Origin: Paramicrosporidium saccamoebae KSL3 | Lineage: Eukaryota; Fungi; Cryptomycota | DNA length: 32,000 nucleotides | Direction: 5' to 3' | NCBI GenBank assembly: GCA_002794465.1 | Contig: MTSL01000208.1 | Location: 135,793 to 167,792, forward strand | In this document: positions 1-8,770 of the stretch, piece after piece | How positions within the stretch are numbered: the first letter of the stretch is position 1 | Layout: the number at the start of each line of letters is the position of its first letter | The notes under the pieces: model-generated | The model's database searches: none | The model's input: the letters and a program-made list of their open reading frames with translations, nothing else | Told to the model about the DNA's origin: nothing | Translations under genes and position numbers: made by a program

Positions 1-1858
1 TTGTATTAAAGAGAACAACTCGACCGCCGTGAGATTTCATTGCTTCCAAAGCAAAGGCAGCTGCAGCACCAAAACAAGAGTCGACGATTCTAGTCTCGGT
101 GAACAAGGAGGGAAGACGATCCAAAAGAGCAAAGGCTTGTTCAGAGGCAACAAGAGGATCAAAGAATAACCCATCATTGAGGGGAACGAATGGTTCATGA
201 ATATCGGACATTACCAAAATCTGCGGTTCAGATGCTCTCAGATCATAAACACTAATGTTCTTATCAAAAGTAATGATTCCCATTTTTTGAAAAGTCTTCG
301 CCTCGCCTCCGTTCAGATGGGCTTCCATTTGTTCTCTAATGGCAATCAGGGCGGAGGCAAAAGCACCATTCTGTATGGATGAACGGGACGTATCAATTAC
401 AAATAACAAATAAGGCGGTTCGGGCTTTTTCGAAATATACTCCTTTGATGCTACAAAATCGACTGTTCCATAAAGTAGCTCTGGTCTCTGACCAATATCG
501 CTTCTTCTTCCTGAGGCATCCAGATTGCAAAAATACTCATCAGGGACATCATTGTTCATGGTGCAAATGTTGCATTCAAATGTTCGTCCTCCTCTTAAGA
601 ATTGTACAAAAACGTTGATATATGCCCTGCATCGGGTACACCTCAGAGGTCCATTCACACCAAAATCCACAACGGGAACAGGAGACTGGCGAGGGGTCCT
701 TTTTGCAAACGGCTGCACAATTAAAGAAAGGGGAAGCTTTGACGAAGCAGCTAAATCTTCTGAATTGGGTATGTGATACAGGGTGGATCTCATGAATTGA
801 GAACTACAATTTCCATCATCCACGATGGTCACATCTGTCGTGGGCATCGGAGGTAGCATGTCAGAAATGATGCTGCTACGGAATAGTCCTTCTCCCGAGC
901 TATAGCGTGCCTCGTCAGCTTCTTGTACGGCAACGACGTTGGGCATTTGCGCAGCACTTATTTTCGGAGGGGCCGCCGTAGCTTGCGGGGCATACATCGG
1001 CCGTCCCGGTGACGTTTGTGTCGGCATTCCAGTATAGGGAGGCTGTTGTTGTGACGGGAAAGGAGGCACACCTTGAGCCATTCCCCCGACCTGAGGGGGA
1101 AATGATCCTTGCTGGCCTGATGGATGAGCAGGATAAGATCCTTGTTGACCTGCTGGGTGGGGAGGATAAGGACCTTGCTGACTCGATGGGTGAGGAATAT
1201 AGGATCCCTGCTGACTCGATGGGTGAGGGATATAAGATCCCTGCTGACTCGAGGGGCGAGGAGGATAAGATTCTTGCTGACTCGATGGATTTACAGTTCC
1301 TTGCTGGTACGATGGATTTATGGCTCCTTGCTGACTCGGTGGATTCATGGCTCCTTGCTGACTAGGCGGACTCACCATTCCTTGCCGATTCAGGGGGTTT
1401 ATCATTCCCGGTTGAAATCCTTGCTGACCCGGCAGATTCATCATTCCGGGATGAGGGGCCTGCGGGAGCGGCGGATTCATTGCTGGACTATATCCGGGCC
1501 TTGGCATATTCTGCATCTGTGGTATTGTTCCTGCCGAGGCAGCTGGGCTAAATGGCATGGGTGGCCTCATAGGCGAAGGGCTGACCATTCCCTGTGCCGG
1601 CATTGGGGGAACGGGTGCCGATGCCAGAGGGCTCACTTGCCCATAACCAGTCTTTGGCTGTCCATAAGCACTCTGAGGAGGGGGGGACTGTCCAGATGTC
1701 TGCGGCGCCTGTCCGTATGACTGAGCATATTGCGACGCAGAATGCCCATTTGCCAGAGGCTGTTGTCCGTAGGTTTGAACAGGTTGCAAAGGAGGTGACG
1801 GATGAGAGGTGGCAGAAGGTGCACCGTACATGGGACGGGGCGGCTGCTGAGGTTGCAT
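1..1858 (-). CDS. SEC24: COPII coat subunit Sec24 (Sec24C/D, Sfb3/Lst1 type); 3' part lies outside the window
   Basis: Open frame from ATG 1858 (MQPQQPPRPMYG) to the left edge; probably absent from the ORF track because it has no stop in the window. Pro/Gln-rich N-terminus, then DDGNCSSQFMRSTLYHIP, LPLSLIVQPFA, a zinc finger (GPLRCTRCRAYIN...FECNICTMNNDVP) and a vWA trunk (YLLFVIDTS, GGRVVLFN). Confidence 0.93.
   Translation of the reverse strand, partial: MQPQQPPRPMYGAPSATSHPSPPLQPVQTYGQQPLANGHSASQYAQSYGQAPQTSGQSPPPQSAYGQPKTGYGQVSPLASAPVPPMPAQGMVSPSPMRPPMPFSPAASAGTIPQMQNMPRPGYSPAMNPPLPQAPHPGMMNLPGQQGFQPGMINPLNRQGMVSPPSQQGAMNPPSQQGAINPSYQQGTVNPSSQQESYPPRPSSQQGSYIPHPSSQQGSYIPHPSSQQGPYPPHPAGQQGSYPAHPSGQQGSFPPQVGGMAQGVPPFPSQQQPPYTGMPTQTSPGRPMYAPQATAAPPKISAAQMPNVVAVQEADEARYSSGEGLFRSSIISDMLPPMPTTDVTIVDDGNCSSQFMRSTLYHIPNSEDLAASSKLPLSLIVQPFAKRTPRQSPVPVVDFGVNGPLRCTRCRAYINVFVQFLRGGRTFECNICTMNNDVPDEYFCNLDASGRRSDIGQRPELLYGTVDFVASKEYISKKPEPPYLLFVIDTSRSSIQNGAFASALIAIREQMEAHLNGGEAKTFQKMGIITFDKNISVYDLRASEPQILVMSDIHEPFVPLNDGLFFDPLVASEQAFALLDRLPSLFTETRIVDSCFGAAAAFALEAMKSHGGRVVLFNT
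1100..1450 (-). repeat. Coding tandem repeats in the Sec24 N-terminus: 33-bp (SQQGSYxPxPS) and 27-bp (SQQGAxNPx) units
   Basis: Recurrent ccttgctgactcg-type cores at 27-33 bp spacing on the + strand. Confidence 0.85.
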
Positions 1859-1960
1859 GACACCCCTCAATGAACCGATTAACTTTGTATTTTTCGTTTT
1901 TTATCGTTCATCTCAATGTTGCAGAACTAAACATTTATTCTTGTACAAACTCTTGTCCAA

Positions 1961-3310
1961 TTATTCGCGCGGTTGTTGCTGATTACTGTTTCGGCTACTG
2001 GTATAGTGGCGTCGATTTTGGGTGGTGGGAGCGTCGCGGGGCTGGGAATCTCTACGTCCTGCACGACGAGGTTCAACAGCAAGAGTCGATCCATTGTAAA
2101 CAATCTTGGCGTTTACAGCGGCGTTGCGGGCCTCAACAGTCTCGTACTCAATAAAGGCAATCCCCTTGCTTATTACCGCTTCAAAGGCCTTGATGGCACC
2201 AAATTCTTCAAATTTCTTGGACAAGTGATCACGGTTAATGCGACCGGAAATTTCATGGATATAGAGAGCCTTTGCGGGATCGTATTCGGGAATGGGACGT
2301 TTTTCAGAGTGACCATCTCTCGGCTGATCTCGCTGTTGCGACTGAGACTCGCCACGACGTTCGCCGTTAGTTCTGTAGTTCAGGCGGCCAGCAGGCTCGT
2401 TGGATGGCTTTTCGCCCTCCACAGCAATCGATGCAACCGGTCCCTTTGACTCGGCAACAACTCCCGATTGCCAGCGACTCTGTTGAACAGCAGCCAGTTT
2501 AGCCCAAGAGGAGGGAGTGGTAGCCGTTACCCGCTCCTCCTCGGCCTGTGATGAGACGGCCTTGCTGGGAGTATTCTGTGTCTGCTGTGACTGTTGTGGT
2601 TGCTGTAGTTGCTGTGGTTGTTTCTTCTTCTCCCCTCCAGCCTTGGGAAGGGGTTTCTCAACCGACTTTTCCTTCTCCTTCTCGGCCGGCTTTGATACCT
2701 TTTCTGCCTCCACAGTCTTCTCTTTAACCACAGGCTCGGCGGCTGGCTTCTGGGGCTGGGTCTTGGTATCCACAACCACAGGTTCGGGAATGGATACGAC
2801 TGTTTCAATTGAAACTGGCTTGGTGATAGTTGGCTTCTTTTCCACGGGATTGGGCACGGCAGCCTCAGAGAGGATGCGCATAATGTCGTTCAAGACAAAG
2901 TAGCCATTGGGTTGCTCAGCTAGGAGGAACGTTTGCGTAAATTTGCGAACAACGCCTGTAGGCCAATGCATTGTGCCCAGGACAAAAATGAGGATTCCAC
3001 CGTTCATGGAGGGCTGGCAATCAATGTTTCCAATGACTACACGGGCACCGTTGTATCCCATTGAGGCAAGACGTTCGTGGATCTCCTCCAGGCCAACACA
3101 CACGGTGGCTTCAGTCTCGTCCTCCTGGCAGTGCAGCAGGCTGGACTGCTTTCCGTAGAAACAATGCAGACGCTCGGGTTCACAGCTCAGCATCGTATAG
3201 TATTCACGACCAAAGTGCATTACAATGTCGTTGACGTCATACTTGGTGGGTGCGTTGTAGCTTGGGACGCCACTACCATTCTGTGCCAATAATCCTTCCG
3301 TTGCTGTCAT
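1961..3310 (-). CDS. G3BP/Nxt3/Bre5-like NTF2 plus RRM protein
   Basis: NTF2 domain (FGREYYTMLSCEPERLHCFY; KFTQTFLLAEQPNGYFVLNDIMR), low-complexity linker and C-terminal RRM (ALYIHEI; KGIAFIEY). First ATG at 3310. Probable 31-nt 5'-UTR intron at 3318-3348 (GTATTG...GCTAAT...GTAG). Confidence 0.9.
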   Translation of the reverse strand: MTATEGLLAQNGSGVPSYNAPTKYDVNDIVMHFGREYYTMLSCEPERLHCFYGKQSSLLHCQEDETEATVCVGLEEIHERLASMGYNGARVVIGNIDCQPSMNGGILIFVLGTMHWPTGVVRKFTQTFLLAEQPNGYFVLNDIMRILSEAAVPNPVEKKPTITKPVSIETVVSIPEPVVVDTKTQPQKPAAEPVVKEKTVEAEKVSKPAEKEKEKSVEKPLPKAGGEKKKQPQQLQQPQQSQQTQNTPSKAVSSQAEEERVTATTPSSWAKLAAVQQSRWQSGVVAESKGPVASIAVEGEKPSNEPAGRLNYRTNGERRGESQSQQRDQPRDGHSEKRPIPEYDPAKALYIHEISGRINRDHLSKKFEEFGAIKAFEAVISKGIAFIEYETVEARNAAVNAKIVYNGSTLAVEPRRAGRRDSQPRDAPTTQNRRHYTSSRNSNQQQPRE

Positions 3311-3607
3311 TCCAATCCTACACAACCATTAGCTACTCTGTCCAATACAGCAAAAAGGAAAAATGTCCTAGCAATGCCAGGAGCCGACCTAAAGTGCACA
3401 GGAACGGTGGCGTACATGAACTTTCGAGACAATCCTTCCCAGCCGGGGCTTGGCCGGGGATTCGCATGTCTAGCTTATGCGTCGCGGAGAGGCTTTGCAT
3501 TCTGTGATTGCTAGATCCCCTTTGCCAGTGCGCAAGTTAGTTTCATTAAATTATGTGGCGTTTTCACAGATCACCATCATAGATACGCCTAGATTGGATT
3601 GGATTGG

Positions 3608-3769
3608 AGGATAGTTATTAGGATTACCAATCTTGATACTGTTTAACAGAATCCTTTATAGTGCGTGAGAATACATCTTCAAAGGTGCCTTTATAGGCCA
3701 GCGCCCCCACACTGTAGTAGGATAGTTATTAGGGTTACTAATCCTAATGCCGTTTAACAAACCTTTTAT
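3608..3769. repeat. Two-copy ~50-bp intergenic direct repeat
   Basis: aggatagttattaggattaccaatcttgatactgtttaaca at 3608 versus aggatagttattagggttactaatcctaatgccgtttaaca at 3719; offset 111 bp. Confidence 0.85.
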
Positions 3770-3773
3770 TATC

Positions 3774-4837
3774 TTACAAAATAGCGCTAATGACAGCGAC
3801 AGCAATGATAAAGACGAAAAAGGCTATAAAGGCAATGAAGCAAATGTTCCCTCTTCTCCTGCGATGGCGATCTCGGGCAACGACTAGCTCCCTCACTGCT
3901 GCGCGAGTCCGAACAGCTGACGATTCTATGTTTGCCTCAATGTTGTCTATAATTAGGAATGCATGGAGGGATCTCACCAAGAACGCCCTGCTGTTCACTG
4001 ACAAGCAGACCAAGGTCACAGAATAGCTCGTGGACCTCGGCCATGGCTGTCTCAATTTCCTGGATTCCCTGCTCCCTCTCCTGTATCAAGGCCTGGTTAT
4101 ACGAGATTTCGTTCTCTAATCCCAGCAGATCTTGTCTTTGCTGCTGTTCTCTAAACATAAACACGGCGGCTCATTTATGCGCTACCGAGACACCAGGGGG
4201 GCTTCCTCTGACTCTGAAAGCGCTGCATCATCAGTTGGGGATGTCTTGGCGCTGTCACGGGCAATCGCCTGTGCTCGAATGACAAAGTCCTGACATTTCT
4301 TTACTGACAGCCGCTGGATTTCCTGGAAGCGGCTCATCAGGATTTGAAACTCGCGGGTCATTCTGGTCAGTCTGGACATTTCCGTGTCCTACAATGTTAG
4401 TGTGAATTCCCCAGCATACAGTGAGCATTTCATGCTGGCCGAGGCGCCGCAGATCCAAGTTGGCCTTCATTATCATATCCTTTGTGACTTCAGCGAGTGC
4501 ATTCCTACCGTCGTTAATTGTACAATAAACAGAATACAATTTTGCTCGATGATCATGCGAGTCATCCGGTCCGCCTAGCTGCTCACTCTGACTGCGCATC
4601 TCGCCCAAATTGGTGCCTATTTTGTAGAGAGTGCGGGAAAAGTCATCAATGAGGGCAGTGGAGCTAATTGAGACCCGCGGGGTTGGGCGGAGGTCCTGGG
4701 AAAGACTCGCCTCGCCTCCCAACCGAACCAACTCTTCCACTAGAACTAAGTAAATTTGATAAACAGGTACGTGAAATGGAAGAGTGCAGAGGTTCATTGC
4801 TCTTCGCGTCTTCACTTTGCTGCCCCTCGCTCGTCAT
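3774..4837 (-). CDS. Endosomal/vacuolar Qa-SNARE syntaxin (Pep12/Vam3/STX7-like), 5 exons, about 311 aa
   Basis: Introns at 4740 (or 4746)-4770, 4389-4419, 4151-4185 and 3947-3977 give one continuous frame. Habc-like region, SNARE motif (IQEREQGIQEIETAMAEVHELFCDLGLLVSEQQGVLDNIEANIE) and C-terminal TM helix. Confidence 0.9.
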
Positions 4838-4999
4838 GATGTGTGTTCAGCCAGCCAATGGAAATTGCTATTGGTGGCATTTAATGCGACAACACTGACA
4901 CATACAGATCGCCCCGCTAGATCGTACTGCCAGCCACCATAGTGTTGTAGTGATACATCTTTCTAGTTATTGTCCATTTGCATTCAACCTTTCAATGAC

Positions 5000-5228
5000 A
5001 TAAATAGAGGGCTATCCCCGGCCGCCCAGATAGTGTCCGTTCCTCTGGACGCACCATCCATCCGTCCGGTTCTCAGCAGTCAGGTACAGATTCTTAGACG
5101 AATGATGAGTATTCAACACAGACCTGTACTGAAATTGCATGACTGATATCGTTGAACCTGACGTCTCCATGTTGTGAACGTTTCTAACTCTTCATAGGCT
5201 ATTGGACCACATGTTTGCATATAATAAA
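5000..5228 (+). ncRNA. Putative spliced non-coding snoRNA host transcript (114-nt intron at 5084-5197)
   Basis: TATA-like ATAAATAG 5000-5007; CAG|GTACAG donor at 5084; branch TTCTAAC 5182-5188; CATAG| acceptor at 5197; AATAAA 5223-5228. No ATG in the putative exon 1. Confidence 0.65.
5096..5166 (+). ncRNA. snR56: Box C/D snoRNA, snR56/SNORD25 (U25) family, 18S rRNA 2'-O-methylation guide
   Basis: 5-bp terminal stem AGACG (5096-5100)/CGTCT (5162-5166); C box ATGATGA 5102-5108; D' CTGA 5129-5132; D CTGA 5158-5161. Guide CACAGACCTGT (5117-5127) is complementary to the conserved 18S sequence ACAGGUCUGUG. CACAGACCTGTACTGA matches the yeast snR56/human U25 core as I recall it. Confidence 0.9.
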
Positions 5229-5315
5229 TACCCATTGACATGCTATTACGGAATAAGGATAAGGACTCGAAGTTTTCTATTACAGTAACTACTACAGCAA
5301 CTATGGCAGAGGTCA

Positions 5316-6728
5316 TTACAGGGACTTTAGTTTAAATCTATCCAGTGCGCTCTTCTTTTCTGGAATGGCTCTGTGCTCAAAATTGGTTACAATTTCTCCA
5401 TCTCTCTTCTCCCTCTCAATGATATTCTCTCGTCTCTTTGCCCTCTCTTTTGCCGCCTTGTCGGCCTTTCGTTTCCTCTCGGGTCGATGTCCTTCTAGTT
5501 CATCCCTCAACCTGCGTCGTTCATCGTCAGTCTTGGCGATGCTTCCAATGGCAGTAGGATCCAGCATGATTGTTTCAGGCTGCAGCTTATCGAGGAGCTG
5601 CTTGACAGTGGCTTCGCGCCGCTGATTGCGAGTGGAGAAGGGGTTGGCTTCGTAGCTGTCATAATTGGGCTCACCGGCACCGGGGACAATTAGAGAGGAG
5701 ACGCCTTGCGAGTGGCCCGTACCCAAAACGTCGTCATAAGGGCAGAACCTCACGGAAGAAATTGTGCATCCCGGCTGAAGATGATGCATATACGGTTCCT
5801 TGACACGCCGGCCGAGACAGTCCTTCCACATTGTCACATGCGGTCCATTTCCTGCCGCCAATACCCCGCGTTGGCTGATATCCAAGGTAGTGGCGGGTCG
5901 GATCGGGAAATATTCATGCAACTTTTTGTATGTGCGCATATCCCAAACTCTGATCCGTCCGTCTAGCCCGGAGGTTGCCATGTAGTTGCCCTGGGGGTCG
6001 AAAGCAATAGCCTCGACAGGTGAACTATGACACTGCATCGTAACTAATGGGCCACCCATTGAGGGTGCCCATAGAGTAACGTATCCACCGGAATGGCCAA
6101 GATGCATTATCCCATTCCCAGGGTTCTGTCTCATAGACCGACACCTGCCGTATTTGGAGTGATGCTCAGCTACAATTTGTCCGGTAGTCATGTCCTGGTA
6201 CCGCAGCATTCCCTTGTTCCCAATAGAGGCGAGCAGAAAGTGATACGGAAGATACTCTAAAAAATCGACTTCAGCGTGCTTTCCTAGTCGATGCACCTCG
6301 GAGCCGTCTGTATCGTAGACATAAACGTAGTTTGTTTGAGCCACAGCAAAAAACGTCTCATTCTGCAGCCATTTTGCGGCACGCACCGTGTCGTCCAGTT
6401 GCAGTTCGCAGCGAAGACGTCCACACTCCCATTCGATGGCTGCGACGTGTCCCCTTCTCCCAGCAATGAGCAAATGACGTCCATCACGAGTGTAATCAAT
6501 ATTGTAGCTTCCACTGTCAGTCAGCTTAAGCTCAAAGTGTTTCTTCGATGACTGCAGCGACACTGCTTTGGAAATCTCGTCTTGGCTGATACGATAAGTC
6601 TTTTCTACACCTTCTCCCTCCAAGTATCCCGCCGTCTCTGTCTTTAACAGTCCCAGCATCTGTTCAAAATCCTCTTCCTCTCCTTTCTGGGGGCGCATCT
6701 TGCCCTTCTGTCGTCGTTCTTTTGCCAT
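5316..6728 (-). CDS. UTP7: U3 snoRNP/SSU processome WD40 protein Utp7 (WDR46/BING4)
   Basis: YTRDGRHLLIAGRRGHVA, WD repeats, and the BING4CT motif GEPNYDSYEANPFSTRNQRREATVKQLLDKLQPETIMLDP. Confidence 0.95.
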   Translation of the reverse strand: MAKERRQKGKMRPQKGEEEDFEQMLGLLKTETAGYLEGEGVEKTYRISQDEISKAVSLQSSKKHFELKLTDSGSYNIDYTRDGRHLLIAGRRGHVAAIEWECGRLRCELQLDDTVRAAKWLQNETFFAVAQTNYVYVYDTDGSEVHRLGKHAEVDFLEYLPYHFLLASIGNKGMLRYQDMTTGQIVAEHHSKYGRCRSMRQNPGNGIMHLGHSGGYVTLWAPSMGGPLVTMQCHSSPVEAIAFDPQGNYMATSGLDGRIRVWDMRTYKKLHEYFPIRPATTLDISQRGVLAAGNGPHVTMWKDCLGRRVKEPYMHHLQPGCTISSVRFCPYDDVLGTGHSQGVSSLIVPGAGEPNYDSYEANPFSTRNQRREATVKQLLDKLQPETIMLDPTAIGSIAKTDDERRRLRDELEGHRPERKRKADKAAKERAKRRENIIEREKRDGEIVTNFEHRAIPEKKSALDRFKLKSL

Positions 6729-6783
6729 CGCACCGTCCAGTCCTGCCTATAGAACTGGGATCCCCGGCCCCACTTACGGACCA

Positions 6784-7425
6784 ATGAACTCGTCGCAAAA
6801 GTCCGACGCTCTACCTTCACCTCCGTCACGATACTACGACGACCTGGACGAGTTTGGTTACGACCGAAAGCTTCCCCCCTCTCTGGAGCATGAATTCCAC
6901 TTTGAGCCCAACATATTATCCGAAAAACTGGTGTTGCTACAACGTTTTATTCACGAGAACCATGGGACAGTAGAGTATTATATCGACCGCACTGTGGATA
7001 GCCTCTTCTATACGGAGAGGCAGGTGCTGAGGGGATTTCGGTGGCTGCGCGAGGATATGCCTTCCATGATCCTTCCATCCGCCCAAGTAGCAGCATCGGC
7101 GTCACTAGGCTATTTTGCCAACCACCCAACTCCGCTCGGTACACGTCTCTTTTTCACCACGTCAATGGGTCTGATGGCCGGGTTCCTAGTGTTTCCGTCC
7201 TGGCGGCGTAGGACAGCAGAATTGGCACAGCATCATATAGTGGAGCCTTTGCCTGCTGTACAAAATGCGCTAGTCACCACTCGACGGGGATACAATGGAT
7301 TTGTAATGTACTGGGTCTCTGTTTGGGATTCCTATGACCATGCTGTTGCATCAGTCAAGAATAAGCTTGCCGACACTCGATATAGGATAATCTCGTTCTT
7401 TAAACCTCCTCGCTCTAATCCATAA
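6784..7425 (+). CDS. MICOS subunit Mic26/Mic27 (ApoO family)-like
   Basis: Helical region (PNILSEKLVLLQRFI...TERQV) followed by two hydrophobic segments joined by a basic loop (ILPSAQVAASASLGYFANHPTPLGTRLFFTTSMGLMAGFLVFP). This fits the fungal ApoO pattern as I recall it. Start taken at ATG 6784. Confidence 0.6.
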   Translation: MNSSQKSDALPSPPSRYYDDLDEFGYDRKLPPSLEHEFHFEPNILSEKLVLLQRFIHENHGTVEYYIDRTVDSLFYTERQVLRGFRWLREDMPSMILPSAQVAASASLGYFANHPTPLGTRLFFTTSMGLMAGFLVFPSWRRRTAELAQHHIVEPLPAVQNALVTTRRGYNGFVMYWVSVWDSYDHAVASVKNKLADTRYRIISFFKPPRSNP

Positions 7426-7491
7426 ACATCTGTGCATGTCTGTCTACCTACACAATGCGCTATGCTAAAATTGGGCTGTTTACTTTGATTT

Positions 7492-8252
7492 CTATTGGTT
7501 TAACTGTCGAAGGTTTAACCTCGAAGCTGGCGCAATGGGCAGATTTTCATCTTTCTGCGCTACTACGCACGGATTTGTCGTGCCATGTATCTGTTGACTG
7601 AGGATTGCATTCTCTCGAAGCAGAAACTGCACTTTTGTTTGCAGAATCTTCTCCTGTCGCTTTAGATGGACGATGTAATTAACGGCAGCCTGTAGCAAGT
7701 TTGCCTTGCTGGGCTTCCGATATTCGCTGGGTGGGAGTAGTTGTTGGAGACGTCCGAAGCAGTTGCGCATATCAGCGCGACGACGCTGCTCAGAGGCCAT
7801 ATGGGCATCGCGGCGCTGTTCGCTACAGCTCGTTATGGGAGAGCCAGTGGAAATTGTAGAGGGCGATCCCAGCTCCTCAAGAGCATAGAGTGTTCCATCC
7901 GAGGAGGGTAGGAACTGCTTTGCCCCCGATTTTTCTACATTAGTGGGAAGAGATTGCGAAAAGGGGTATTGGTGGTTAAAGTCCTTCGGCCGGGCTGCAA
8001 TCTGCAGATGCGGCTCGTTTGTTAGTTTTGAGGGTGCGATGGTTTCTGAAAGAGGCTGCTCTGTAATTTCAGCACCCAACATGGGATCGAAAGACAGAGA
8101 GCTGCTCGGGGGCCCTAGAAAGGTTTCGAACAGACCATCATCGTGTGCAAACAACAGGCTACTGGAATTCGGACCTATGTATTAGTTCTCCCTTTGTAGC
8201 CATTACCGTTCAGATAGTCTTGCCATGATTCGCCGAGGTCCGGTGGATTCAT
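7492..8252 (-). CDS. bHLH-leucine zipper transcription factor (Max/Mlx/Ino2-Ino4-like basic region), 242 aa
   Basis: RRDAHMASEQRRRADMRNCFGRLQQLLP...SKANLLQAAVNYIVHL plus a zipper. ATG 8252 joins the main ORF through a 32-nt intron at 8175-8206 (GTAATG...ACTAAT...CATAG). Confidence 0.9.
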
Positions 8253-8459
8253 GAAGCAGTTCTTAGTATTTTCGTGAATAATGTGTGTTTCGCTATGGAT
8301 TAGTGTCGCAGTGGAGGAGAGAGGGGTGGATCCTGGGGGTTGTCGTAACAATTATGCAGCAATATCAATGGATCCGATACTTCCTAATTGAGCATGCTAC
8401 TGCTGAACGGTCTGTACCGGGTCGGGCCTTTTAGTCCTATGCGTGGACACTTGGCGGCA

Positions 8460-8652
8460 CCAATGAGATCGGCGCAAAGAAAGACGACACGGACATTTCC
8501 ATCCAATGAAGGGAGACAAAGCATCCACTTTGGTCCAATCATTATATCCAGAGGCATTGTCTAATTGCTTTTCCCAGTTGTGCCCAATCCCATTACTGTC
8601 CAATCAAATGAATCTGCGTAGTATCCTTGCACGAGCTTAAGTCCCTTATTGG
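8460..8652. promoter_or_regulatory. CCAAT-box cluster upstream of the bHLH gene
   Basis: CCAAT at 8460, 8503, 8535, 8584 and 8600, and ATTGG at 8648. Confidence 0.45.
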
Positions 8653-8671
8653 GCTGACATTTATAGTAAAG

Positions 8672-8770
8672 GATTCCGTGTAGATTCCGTGCGAATTCTG
8701 TGTAGATTCCGTGCAGATTTTGCGTAGATCCCGTGCATATTTCGTGTAGATTTTGTATAGACTTTTTGGA
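8672..8770. repeat. 11-bp tandem repeat, 9 degenerate units (consensus GATTCCGTGYA)
   Basis: gattccgtgta gattccgtgcg aattctgtgta gattccgtgca gattttgcgta gatcccgtgca tatttcgtgta gattttgtata gactttttgga. Confidence 0.9.

Noticed and set aside
1009-1860. Plus-strand ORFs with repeats (1009-1365, 1124-1720, 1594-1860)
   Set aside because: Antisense readings of the Sec24 N-terminal repeats.
3729-3737. TTAGGGTTA (TAACCCTAA on the minus strand), resembling a fungal telomerase RNA template
   Set aside because: A 9-mer is expected about 0.2 times by chance in 32 kb on two strands, the second repeat copy has a mismatch, and I saw no pseudoknot or CR4/5 support.
5113-5316. 67-aa minus-strand ORF whose ATG overlaps the UTP7 stop (TAATG)
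   Set aside because: No recognisable protein, and it lies antisense to a well-supported snoRNA and its intron. The stop-start overlap is probably chance.
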